From Adineta vaga (taxonomy: Eukaryota > Animalia > Rotifera): a DNA stretch of 64,000 bases. The translations under genes were made by a program, and so were the position numbers. Shown here one piece after another: positions 36,040-48,702 of the stretch. The notes below the pieces were generated by a model. It saw nothing but the letters and a program-made list of their open reading frames with translations, was not told the DNA's origin and did no database searches. Within the stretch, counting starts at the first letter, position 1, and each line of letters opens with the position of its first letter. The DNA lies in NCBI GenBank assembly GCA_021613535.1, contig CP075497.1, positions 7,750,001 through 7,814,000 of the forward strand. Direction: 5' to 3'.

Positions 36040-36732
36040 TCATACGGCACCACTTGTAGTATTTGGTCCTTCACCACCGGGTACAAGCATAGCAACATGA
36101 TTACCATTTAAAAGAATTTGATCGAGTTTAGTTATACGACTACCACCATCTGCCAATGTTTCAAATTCGGTGACCTAGAATAATAAAGATATAACTGATA
36201 GAATATCATTGATAGCGGAGGTTATGATATTTGAGAAGGATATAACAATCAATGAAGAAATAACTTTCGTAATAAGACTAGCTTGTTTTTGTTGGCCAAA
36301 GTAAAAAAAGGTTGGGCAATTTAACGATAGATTTATATCAAAGACCTTGGAGAAAGAAACTAGATTAATTGGTTTCTTTCCTTTACAAGTTCAAATTAAG
36401 TACGTGTAATGAGTTCAGAAAAATTCTTTAACATTGTTATATGACCTTCTAAAAAGTACTCATCGGATTGTTTTTTGAAATAAAGAGATACTTACATCTT
36501 CAAGTACCATATTAACATAATCATCAAATCCCAATAAAGTTCCAACAATTTCTTTATCTGATTTCATAATCACATGAATTCTTGAGCCAATACATTTATC
36601 CACTAATTCTAATGGTAATAATTGCACGACAGTCGTCGATGATGTGGCTGTCGGTGGTGCACTAACAGTTGCTTGTGTTGTTGATATATTATTACTATCA
36701 CCTGTTGAGGCTGTTACTTGTGATGTTGCCAT
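36040..36732 (-). CDS. LSM5: U6 snRNA-associated Sm-like protein LSm5
   Basis: [42 protein letters not shown]|[28 protein letters not shown]; one ~320-nt intron. Confidence 0.96.
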
Positions 36733-37287
36733 CTTTATCCAAAAGAATAAACAAAAATAATACTGAAATAAAGATTACAATTAGACGAGTAATAAAGGTA
36801 TTTTATTTAGTTTTTATTTGTTTTCAACATCCACAAAACCACTCTTAGATGCCACTCTAGTTTGTGCGGACTTTTGGTCTAATGACAATAAAATGAATAC
36901 AATGGGGACACACACATATATATTTAAATATATATATATATATATACGTCAAGTACCGACAAAATTAGAATCAACAGAGAAAAAAAGAGAACTGAGCTAA
37001 ATGAACGCTTACGTTTGTTTTTCATTTATATAATTATTTTCAGTAGTCGATTCAGGGCATCTGACTACAAAATATTTTTTTCTTTTCGTTTAGAACACAA
37101 TTGTACATTTAGTTTGTAAGACAAAACGGACGTACATATGAAAAATGGCAAATAAACAGTCTAAGAACTGTTCAAAACTAGAGAGAAGGAGAGAGAAAAA
37201 ACAAAACTTTGAGATGAGAAAGAGAGAAAAACAAACAAACAAACAAGAAGCAAAAATATCTACATTGAAAACGAAATCTCAAGAGAC

Positions 37288-39531
37288 TTAAGCTGTCCAA
37301 GGACCATCATTTTGTGTCGATTGTTGTTGGGATTCAATATTTATATTTGATAAATCACTTTCTAATGATTCTAATTGTTTTATAAGTTGCCTTTTAATAT
37401 TCAGACTATTTAAACGGCATGCAGGATCTTCGATCCATAATTCTTCACATAATTGAATCAATGGATGAAGAATCTGAAATAATAATAATAATAATAAAGT
37501 AAATTTACATTTTTATATCCAATCTAATCTTACCGGATGTGTTTCCCATCGTGGAGATGGAGGTGGACGAATTTTTCTCGTACATACAGCATCGCGCATC
37601 TGATCAGATGTTGGATTATTTGGTAAAACATCTTCATAGGGTACCTGATAACTATCTGCATCGTTTTCTACAAGAAATAAAATTGTTGAGAAAAGGAGGA
37701 TAAATTAAAATAAATATTTACCTGTCGAACTTAATCGACATCGTCGTAACATTTCCCAATAGACAAGACCCAAGGCATAAATATCCGCAGCTTTAAATGA
37801 CTCAAAACTACGTTCATTCAATGTTCCATCAAGAACTTCTGGTGCCATATAACCTTGAAGAAACAAACAATCAGATCAATTCAACTAGAAATCATTCACT
37901 TACGGATTGTTCCTACACGACTATTTGCTTGAATATCAATAACAACCTGTTCGTGTTTCGATGCACTAGCAAGTAACATCTCTTTTCGGGATTTTGGTTT
38001 ATATCGAACTTCTTTAACGGCAAGACCCAAATCAGCGATACAACATGATAAATCTTTTTTCACTAAGATATTTTTTGTTTTTAAATCTCGATGAGCAAGA
38101 GCAACTTTTCCTATACAATTTTAAAACAAAGAAATCGTAAATCATTTGATCAAGAGAAAAATAATCAATATATTTACCATTGGTTGAATCAATTGGTAAA
38201 TGTAAATGACAGAGACCACTGGCAATACTTAACATCATTTTTAATAATATCGGTATTGATATTGTATGATTCATTAGATAATCATAAACTGAACCATTTT
38301 CATGATATTCCGTAACAAGCCAAAGTTGAGTGTGAGTTGATGCATCCTAAAAAAAATAAAAAATAAATAAATATGATAAAGAATTCAATTCATATTTGGT
38401 TTTCTTTACCATATTATCTGCAGCAATATATCCAAGAATATCTTGATGTCTTAAACAAACTGTTTGATAGATTTCAATTTCTCGAAACCATGAACGTTCA
38501 TCATTTGTCGAAAAGATTTTAACAGCAACATGATCTTCACGCCATTTGCCTCGATAAACATCTCCATATCGACCTGCACCAATTCGATCTCCAAGAACTA
38601 TTTGTCTGGCAAGTGTTCGTTGCATTAACACTGGCAAAGCTAAAAACAAATAAAAAATTACTTAAAAGAAAACAATAACTTGATTTATTTACCATGTCCT
38701 GTAGTACTTGTTGAATAATCTTCTATTAAACTACTCATTGCTTGATCAGTCGGAAGCGATCCATCGATATTTCCCGATATTCGTCCTGGACATTTGAAAT
38801 ATTTTAATAAACGATATAATATATTTTGTTTATTATGTTCATCCGGATAACAAATTGTTTTCGGATAATTTGGTCGTCTGTGTCTCCATTTTTTATGATT
38901 TATACAAATAATCAGACTTGCACTGATGATAAAGAATGCAATAATTGTTGAGATAATAATAATGATTAGTAATGTTGAATAACGACCTGAAGGTTGACGT
39001 ATTGCTAAAATATCAATTAGATATGAAGTTTTTTGTTTGAAAATAGAAAAAAAACAATTACCCATTGGCGGTGTAGGTTTCAAAATTTGACGTATACCAG
39101 GTGAATAAGCATCGCGATCATTGCAAAAATCTTTTTGTGAACAACAAATAACAACACGATTTGTTTGATTCATGGCACACATAACTCGGATAAAGAAGTA
39201 TTCATTCATCATACATCTAAAAAAACAAATTTTAAAGAATATATTTGTATTTTAAAAAAAAATCTTACCCTGCAGTATGATGAATTGAATCATCGATTGG
39301 ATCTACTTCCCATTTTTCGTAACACATATGATGTGGTGCCGTAAGTCGACACGTACTAGTATTTCTATAACATTTTTCATCTGGGGTGCATAAACAAGTG
39401 ATATTTCTCTTCGGTGGATCGTCATTCACATTTAAAGCAACTGGATTTTTATCATGTTTATTTTGACTAATGACGATAGTTGTCGTCGTTAGCAAAGTAA
39501 AAATTGCTTGAATAAAAATATATTTCCACAT
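37288..39531 (-). CDS. TGF-beta/activin type I receptor, ALK4/5/7 (baboon)-type
   Basis: Signal peptide, CC..DFCN ectodomain, [36 protein letters not shown]45 loop [28 protein letters not shown] and RVGT.RYMAPE. Confidence 0.92.
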
Positions 39532-42500
39532 CTAAAGATGAGTATGGATAACTGAAATGAAGTTTTCAATCAGAAAAAATCATTCATCTTGGATTTTTTC
39601 GAACAAACGATAATGTGAAAGAACATTGAAGTAGATGAAGAAAAAGAAGTTTTCTTTTTTGACTGGTCAAAGTGTCCCTGTCTAAAATATAAACCAATCA
39701 ATTATTTTTTATTTTCCTCTCTATGTACATTTTTAAGAATCAATGTTTTCATTCGAAAAATTTGCTATTAAAATAATTTTCCGAAAAATATCTTTCAAAA
39801 CAATTTATTTCTTTTATTGGAATAAAAGATGTCGCTACATGTCATCAATTGATCCTATATTTATATTTAGAACAACATAATTAATTCTTTATATTCGAAA
39901 CAAATCAACCATTCAAATAAATTAATAGTCTTGATGAAATATTTATATAAATCAACTTCTTTAAATATATAATGAATATTGCACGATGTCGCTAGAAGCA
40001 TTTCTTTTTTTCCTATCTGATTATGCGTGCCTAAGAAAGAGAAATGTTGTTTTTTTTTGTAAGTATAACTGAAAGACTTTCCATAAAATGTATAATTAAT
40101 ATTGAAGATTACCGAGTAAAAATACTAAAGAACTACACAACAAGATCGATGTCGGAAAACTTGATATGAAATGAATACAAAACTTACATTTAATAAAAAA
40201 TATGACACACACAAATGAAAAGAAACTTATTCAAGTCATAATACTATTGACATCTATTTATATCTTCTTAGTAGAACAGCATGTGTTATTATTTCTATGA
40301 AAATCTTATGTCTATTTTCGAGCATTATATTGATAATATATGAGAAGATTTATAAAGAAAAGAATAATCATTCAAAAAATATGTTTTATTAAAAACTCAA
40401 CTTATAACATGTCGATTTTATAAACGGAGAAATATTTCAAAAGAAATGATCAAACTACTTTACTCTAAAGTAGAAGAAAACATACGGGATGGTAACCTAT
40501 AGCAATATGTTTTTGACAATGAATAATATATCTGCACTATGAATGTTGGTTGAAATATAAGGAAATACTTATAGTTACTTCATTCAAATGAATGCAATGA
40601 AGAGATAAAAAAAAACTAGAGGAACAAATATAATTTTTCGAGATTTTTCTTTTCTATTAAAGTTTTACGCAATTTATTTTTCGTCTCATTTGTCAAAAAT
40701 AAAATAAAATGTCTGACTATTTAAATGAATTCTTTCATCGCAGAGAACAATATAGTTAAAAATAAACGAAACTAATACTAACCGTATCTGTCATTTTGAA
40801 TAATCCGTATAATTATAACCTTCTTAGTTTTATATCGTGCTCAAGTGGATGAAAAACTCAGAATATAACATAAATAAGGCCATGAGTATGATGAAGTAAT
40901 TCGAAGGAGAGTTGAAAACCTCATACCTATACACTATGACGTTTACTAAGTAGAAAGAAAAAAAAAAGAAGCTTTCTCTTAATTAAACACTCAATTAAAT
41001 ACTCTTTCGTTAGAAATTATTCACCTCGAACTAATGACTACGTGTAGTTTAATCAACGTAATAAACTTGTTTTTCATCAATATCAATGTTTGCATTCAAA
41101 TCAAAATCACGAGTGTCGTTGATTATTAACTAAGGAAAAGAATGTGTCATTAAGATAATTTTTTGAAAGAAGTACATCATTGGATGGAATAAAATAGATG
41201 TAACTGTAACTTATATGAACGTGATGCGTCATCAGTGCAGAAGAATGGAATTCATTTTTCTCTTAAGAATAACAACTATACTATGAAAAAATGAACTTTG
41301 ATAGGTACATAGATAATCTTTGAAACTTATTTCTCAACTCATCATTTCTATTCATTTCATAATAATAGCGCGTAATTTTTTTTAAAGTTTTTTTCTTCTT
41401 CGATGAATCATCATTCGATTTTACGGTCTTAAAAATGTTGTTTGTAAATAATATTGAATCAACATTGATCCTTTCATCAAGTACAATTACAACAAATCCT
41501 CCTGAATCTCTTCAGAGTTACATTTTGGTAAATTAATGAAAAGGAAATAATAATATTCTTGTTTTCGATTATCAATTGATTGATTTTGGCACCATGAAGT
41601 CACCTTGCACGTTGATTTTTAAAGCAAATATTAAACTTTTTCTCTTTTTCTCTTTCATTATTAAATGAAAGTAATTCGTAGGAGTCGAAATCTTTATATA
41701 CATACATACATCTAAGCTTCTTGCAGTTAACTTACATATTTGCTGTTCGGTTTCTTTTCTTTTAACAAAATATGTTGTTTCTTTTTTGTTAAAGCAAAGT
41801 TGTACATTTTTTTCTTTCTTTCATCACTGCCTTTACAAGGTGAATGATGTATTGCAGTGTTGATTGTAAATGGGATCATGTCAGAAATTATTAGTTGTAG
41901 TTTGTCTTTATGATGAAAATGATTACTAGTCGTATGCAATCTGGCAACTAGAGAATTCTTTGCATGTCAAGAAGATGCGTTCTTTTCCCTTATGTATGTA
42001 TGTATGTATGTATAAGTCAAGGGACACATGATAAATCAATGTGATTTTATTATGAATGGTTTGTAGTTTTAATTGAAAGAGGAGATGTCTAATCGAAAGG
42101 TTAGACATTGAAATTAAACCTATAAAAACGTGTCACATCGAAGATCAAATGCATCAACGAAATGAACTTGCTGCTTTTACTTCGTCTTCTTCTTCTTCTT
42201 TCTCTCATATGATAGTTGTGACTAGAATAGTATGTAAACCATGCGAGGATAAAATCGAATAGAAAGAAAATGTATCACAAGAATGGATATAAATATAGAC
42301 GTTAAATTCATCTTTGTTGATTTTTTTCTTTCACATGCAACGACAGTCTGAATTTGAGAAAAATATGAGACGTGAATGTTCATCGTCATCACCACGTTTT
42401 TCACGTACTTTTGATAGACTCTTAAGTCGAGTAAGAATAGTGAATATTGAGTAAAGATACTAGTATGTTTGTTATTTTGTTTTAGTTTCCCGATACAACA

Positions 42501-42845
42501 GAAACATCAACGACGTCATCGGTAAGTCTCATTTTATTCTCGATGAAAATGTCTTCGTAGGCGATAAACAAATTAATCTTCAGTCTTTTTTTCTACTTCT
42601 TTTTTACTCTAAGTTCATTTAATAGCGAACAGAAAGAGAAAATTTTTTATATCACGAGAATACATTCATGTATTTTTATTTCTACTGACTTCAATAACCT
42701 TTACGGTTGACATTACCGTGAAAAACATACACATTTATTTTGTTATTTTTTCTTTGAGATAAAAAAGTAAAAACGTACTACAAACTTGTAATAGTGTTCT
42801 TTTTCTTTTTTTTATAAAATCATATTTGATTTGACATTATAGAAT

Positions 42846-43911
42846 ATGGCATCAAATAGAAGTGGCTATCAGTCTGCAACATGGGATGAACAGACTTCTT
42901 ATAAACCTGCACAATGGCGATCAACAGTCTCTGCACCATCTTGTGCTCTTTGTCAAAAAGCTGTCTTTCCAGCTGAAGAAGTCATCGGTGCTGGACAAAA
43001 ATATCACAAACTTTGTCTCAAATGCTGTATGTCTTCTATCACTACTCGCTCTCACTCACTCACTCACTCTCTCTCTCTCCATTCTTTTTTCATCTAGCTT
43101 CGTGTAATACATTATTGAATTCAGGAAATGTGAATGAACATGATAAGAAGATCTATTGTACTGGATGTTATCGTCGACAATTTGGTCCACATGGAGGTGA
43201 GTGACATTAATGATTTTATATGTGAATAGATCTACATGAATATGTTTTGTAGTTGGTCGAGGTCTTGGAACAACATTATCAACAAATTTAGAGACACCAC
43301 CAAGTAGCCCACGTTCAAGTCGGATAGGATCTGAATCCAATGAAGAATTAACAAATACTGATAATGGATATTCGTCCAATTCATCACAATCACGGATATC
43401 ACCAGACGATGATTCACGTCATAGTAATTCTCAAATGAACAGTGTTACATACATCGGTGGAGTCACAACAAGACAAACACTTCCTACTCCTCCCCGGCCA
43501 GTTTCGGGTAGTATTACAAATGGAACTGCATTTAAAATGATGTCGATATCAGGGAATATTTGTCCACGATGTTCCAAAGCTGTTTATTTAGCTGAAGAAG
43601 TTAAAGCTGCTGGAAAAGTAACTCCATACTTCTTCACGATCTTTATTTTCTATTCTTTTACATTTCTAGTCATTTCATAAACGATGTTATACGTGTGCTC
43701 ATTGTAAGAAGAGTATTAATGCTGCTCGATATTCAGAACATGAAGGAGAACTCTATGATAACAGTATGTTTGCTTTTTTGACAATGATATTATTGATTTC
43801 TTTGTCTACTTCTTTATTATGTGATTATTTGTAGATTGTTATCAACGATTATTTGGTCCGAAAGGTGTTGGATATGGTATAGGATCAGGAACATTATCAA
43901 CAGGAAATTAA
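42846..43911 (+). CDS. Cysteine/glycine-rich LIM protein (CSRP/MLP), copy 1
   Basis: Two LIM domains (CALCQKAVFPAEE..YHKLCLKC; CPRCSKAVY.AEE..FHKRC), each followed by FGP.G Gly-rich repeats; four introns. Confidence 0.9.
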
Positions 43912-46900
43912 TATCGATCATTTCACTTTGCCTGACCGGTGCCTTTTTGAAAGAACTTAAGCATTGCTATACCATTTTCTACGTTTGTTTCTTTTTTGTT
44001 CCATATCGTTATATTCGTTCTTCTTCTTCTTCTTCTTGTTTATATCTATTAGATTTAGTTTTTTCACTACTATTTAAGACATTTTATTTATGTCTGCTTA
44101 GTATATCTATTCTAGAAAAGAACAATATTCTCGAACAAAATTAAGCAAAAGTTTTAGCTGGATTGTATTTAAAATCATAAATTGCTTTGAGTGTGATACC
44201 AATCGTAGCGACAAGTAGACAAAAGATTAGAAAACCGAACCATTTACCACCTGTCGTTCTTGGGTCTTCTAAGCGTGCTACCAATCGACAGGGAGAACCA
44301 GTGCCACCTTCGATTTTCATTGGAAGAACATCAAATGCAAAGAATGTATTCGGTCGATTTTTCAAATGTTTTAAAACCAAATCCAGGTCAGCCACATTCT
44401 CCAAACCATAGATATTTTTCTTGAATAATATTCGATGAGCTGGAAAATGTTTTGACGAACCAGAATCAACTATAGATGATAGAAAGATCATGAAAAAACT
44501 CGATAGTTTGACAAAAAATGAATTAATTACTCGATAAAGTATCAATACCAACACCAACAAGTTTGTCTGAATATTTCATTACTAAATATGAAGCTAATTG
44601 AGGACTTAATCCTGGAAATACAAGTTCTTCTTTTGTATAACCACCTGCATATGTTTGTTGATCAGGCCAAGATCTTGATTTTCCGGTATAAAATAATAGT
44701 ACAAAATATCCGGTTGCTTGTTGCATAACTTCTTCATTAAGATCTTCGATTTGAATATGATAATTTTCAATTCGTCTACTTTTTTTTGATACATCAATGA
44801 TTAATGCTTGAATAGATACTAAACGATCAAATGGAATCTGTTCTACTGTCCACGATGTATTCGAGCCATGATACGGTGCATCAATATGAGTACCGAAATG
44901 TTCACTAGTTATAAAACTATTTTTCGCTTTAAAATAATACGTATTTGTATCATCTTGTGCCCAACTTGTTGAAGTTTCTGTAAAATTAAACGGAGTTAAA
45001 CCAGGAAAAACAGGATTCGTCGATTTTATAATATGAGTTAAATCAAAACTAATTAAACTAATAACTAATTTGACATGTACTAGTACCAGAAGAAGATCAA
45101 AGAAATTCATCTACGAAAAAAACGACTTTTTATAACTGCTGTTTTTTTTCTGAAAGTATTTTTAGTTCTTACTTAAACAATAAACGTGAAATAAAAGAAA
45201 ACGATTCTTTTCTTTTGTTATCGATGTAAAAAAATCATTTTATTCCGTCTGTCCATGAATAATAAAATATTTTCGGCAAGATAACCGTCGTATTTTTTTA
45301 TTTCGTTCTTCCAGAATAGTCCACATCAGTACAGACTGGTGTATTGCTTTTTTCGAATGTATCTTCACTCTTTACAATCGGCGGATCATCATTACGCGCC
45401 CTAGTGAGAAGCACATGTCCGTAAGCTGTCAATCTATTCTATAACAGAATGGAAACGTATTTTATCGATAATGCAATTGTTTTGAACTTTTTATATTCGA
45501 GTTAAATAATGATGTATTAGGTCGAACAAAATATGTAGAAGGTCACAGATGTAAACTTGAGTTTGTTCGAGTTAAATAATTACAAATTTAGAGCAAATCG
45601 GTAAGTTCTATCGGTTAGATCAATAGAAGACATCTGCACTTGACAATTAGTTCTCTCGTATATATTGATTGTTTGATTCTTAATCAATAGAATACATTGA
45701 ACAATATTTGTCTGAGTCATGTATTAAAGTATGTTAAAACGGTAAAAAAAGAATGAAGGCTATTTCATTGACACAAATGTCATCAATGATTGTAGACAGA
45801 GTAGCTTATCCTTCATTTCTTGATCAAGACGTCTATGACAAAAACGACACTGACTATTGTATTTATATTACCACGTCAATAGACTATGTTGTCAATGAAT
45901 ACTATTCTCTTCATTAAGAAAGATAAATCTTCGACAAACAGTAGAAGATACTGTTCATATTTGTGATACGAATTCAATGAATAAACAAAAGATCAAATAC
46001 TCTCCTTCTCTTCCTTCTCATTTCGGGACAAATCATTTACAATTAGATAATATTCACAATTTATTAGTTCAAGAAGCTATTTTTACAAATTTTCATGCAT
46101 TATATTCAGTCTTGGTAGAAACCAACCTTCAATTTTTCTACATAAGAACTATATCATACACATCAACGACACATATTTGAGTAACTAATATAGAAAGGAA
46201 CAAGTGATAAGCCATATCTCATACACATAGTGTAGTTGTAATTTTGAAGAAGTCAAGAAAAAATAAAATAAAAGTATGTTGTTTCTAGTCCATATAACCG
46301 AACACCGGTGAGATAAAGCTTAATTATGGATGTTACATTGCTGTTGATAATGTTCCTGATCCTATACCATATCCAACACCTTTCGGACCAAATAATCGTT
46401 GATAACAATCTACAAATAATCACATAATAAAGAAGTAGACAAAGAAATCAATAATATCATTGTCAAAAAAGCAAACATACTGTTATCATAGAGTTCTCCT
46501 TCGTGTTCTGAATATCGAGCAGCATTAATACTCTTCTTACAATGAGCACACGTATAACATCGTTTATGAAATGACTAGAAATGTAAAAGAAGAGAAAATA
46601 AGGATTGTGAAGAAGGTATGGATGTTACTTTTCCAGCAGCTTTAACTTCTTCAGCTGAATAAACAGCTTTGGAACATCGTGGACAGATATGTCCAGCTCC
46701 TGATTTTAATCGAAATGATGATCCGTTTGTTAGGTTGACTGATGACGGTCGTTGGATCGTTAATGGTGCTTGTTTCGTTGTTACACCACCAATATATGTG
46801 ACACTGTTCATTTGAGAATTACTATAACGTGAATCATCATCGGATGATGTACGAGATGGTGACGATCCTGTTGATGTTTTTCGTTGAAGACGGTGGCCAT

Positions 46901-47355
46901 CGACATCAGTTATTCCTGTATTTAAAGTAATTCCCATACGACTTAAACTTGGACTACTTGGTGGTGTCTCTAAATTTGTTGATAATGTTGTTCCAAGACC
47001 TCGACCAACTACAAAACATATTCATGTAGATCTATTCACATATAAAATCATTAATGTCACTCACCTCCATGTGGACCAAATTGTCGACGATAACATCCAG
47101 TACAATAGATCTTCTTATCATGTTCATTTACATTTCCTGAATTCAATAATGTATTACACGAAGCTAGATGGAAAAAGAATAGAGAGAGAGAGAGAGTGAG
47201 TGAGAGCAAGTAGTGATAGAAGACATACAGCATTTGAGACAAAGTTTGTGATATTTTTGTCCAGCACCGATGACTTCTTCAGCTGGAAAGACAGCTTTTT
47301 GACAAAGAGCACAAGATGGTGCAGAGACTGTTGATCGCCATTGTGCAGGTTTATA
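42900..47355. repeat. Inverted repeat with ~1-kb arms (42900-43903 and 46340-47355) and a ~2.4-kb spacer containing the cyclase gene
   Basis: The reverse complement of 46340-46580 matches 43665-43903 almost base for base, including an intron; 46955-47355 matches 42900-43310. Confidence 0.9.
44141..45110 (-). CDS. Cyclase-family (kynurenine formamidase-like) metallohydrolase with signal peptide and C-terminal TM
   Basis: DLTH, EHFGTHIDAPYH, FPGLS, GVGIDTLS|IDSG, FPAH..LENVA and PMKIEGGTGSPCRLVA; TM WFGFLIFCLLVATIGITL; one intron. Confidence 0.88.
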
Positions 47356-47409
47356 GCCACTTTTAAGATCCCAATTAAGTGTTCTCAAACCACTTTTATT
47401 TAAGCTCAT
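46333..47409 (-). CDS. Cysteine/glycine-rich LIM protein (CSRP/MLP), copy 2, inverted
   Basis: Same exon structure as copy 1, with different N-terminus, linker and last residues. Confidence 0.9.
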
Positions 47410-48702
47410 ATTCTATTAAATAAAAAGTAATAATGATTGTTCTGTTTAACAAAGGAAAGATTTATGTACAATGACTACTCACGTTATGTCAAGAAGAAAC
47501 AAAAGGAAATGTTTATTATTCTGGACTGAATAGAGAATGACCGTTGCGACTAATGCAAGGCAGCGAGAAAAAGTGTGAATGCGGATCTATCGTTGGAGAA
47601 CATGTTCTTTTTCTCTTTCTTTTTCTCTTCCGTTCTTGTTCAATGTCATCTATTTCTTTCTCTTCATTTCTAGACGGACATTTAGGGAAAAATGATGATG
47701 ATGATGATGATGATGAAGAAAAAGAAGAAGAAAATCGATGAATGCAATAGGAAATGCACAAGAGAAGCAAGAAAGAAAATTACGATCGACATATCATTAT
47801 TCAACCATGACAAATAGATTGATACTAACAAAAAGAGACTTTCAAGGAAAGAAAAGAGACTTTTTCATCGTAGATGAGCAAACATGATCGAATTATGATT
47901 ATAAACTTATGAAAAAAAAACCCGTCATGATCTAATAAATGATCAGATTATCTCACGTATTCGAAATGAATGAAAATAAATGAAATAATTTTCATATATT
48001 CACTTATAAAAGTGATATTTTCTCGTTGAATGTATTAACATGTAATACTATGTTCATACATTTGATCTTTGCCTCAACACATTCAGTATGTTGAAGTCGA
48101 CTCTATTATTATACAGACACATTAAAAGAAAAGAAGCTCTAAACAAACAGTCATCTCCATAGTAAGGTAGAGATTATAGATTCATCACTCTTTTCGCTTT
48201 TTCTCTCAAAAGAAACAAAAGACAAGAAAGGTTAAAAGCTATACGGTAACTACTAAAATTGACAACATCACAACGTATTGTTTTATGTATCTTCTCTTAA
48301 GTCAGTTATCATTCAATCAAAAGGAGAAACTATTCGTCTTATAAATAGTCTATCATACAAAAGAGAAACAATTGTTTCTTTCTTTTTATCGATGAACAAG
48401 AAGAATAGAAACAATATATTGTATTGTCTTTTATTTATCAATAAAACAAAAACAAAGAAAGTATCATTGAACTGTCGAAAAAAAATCAATTAAACAAAAT
48501 TATTGCTTAATTTCTGGAAAGTCTAAATATTCCTTCATAACATGTCGAATACTTTCAGTAATACATGATTTTCAATATCTGAATTTCTTCTCATCTAAGT
48601 CACATAGTACTGATATTCGAATAGAGATAATAAGATAAAAGATATAAAGTTACATGATATACACAGATAGACACATACTTCGTACACAAACATTTGCACA
48701 TA

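Noticed and set aside
37960-38010. Suspected frameshift in the ALK kinase exon
   Set aside because: Re-reading shows the exon stays in frame; it is an insertion.
39700-42800. Short ORFs in the long intergenic/5'UTR region between the ALK receptor and CSRP
   Set aside because: Low-complexity AT-rich translations with no motifs; likely regulatory DNA and non-coding exons.
47516-47770. Overlapping 84-aa and 65-aa ORFs
   Set aside because: Produced by (GAT)n and purine/pyrimidine tracts in the CSRP copy 2 upstream region.
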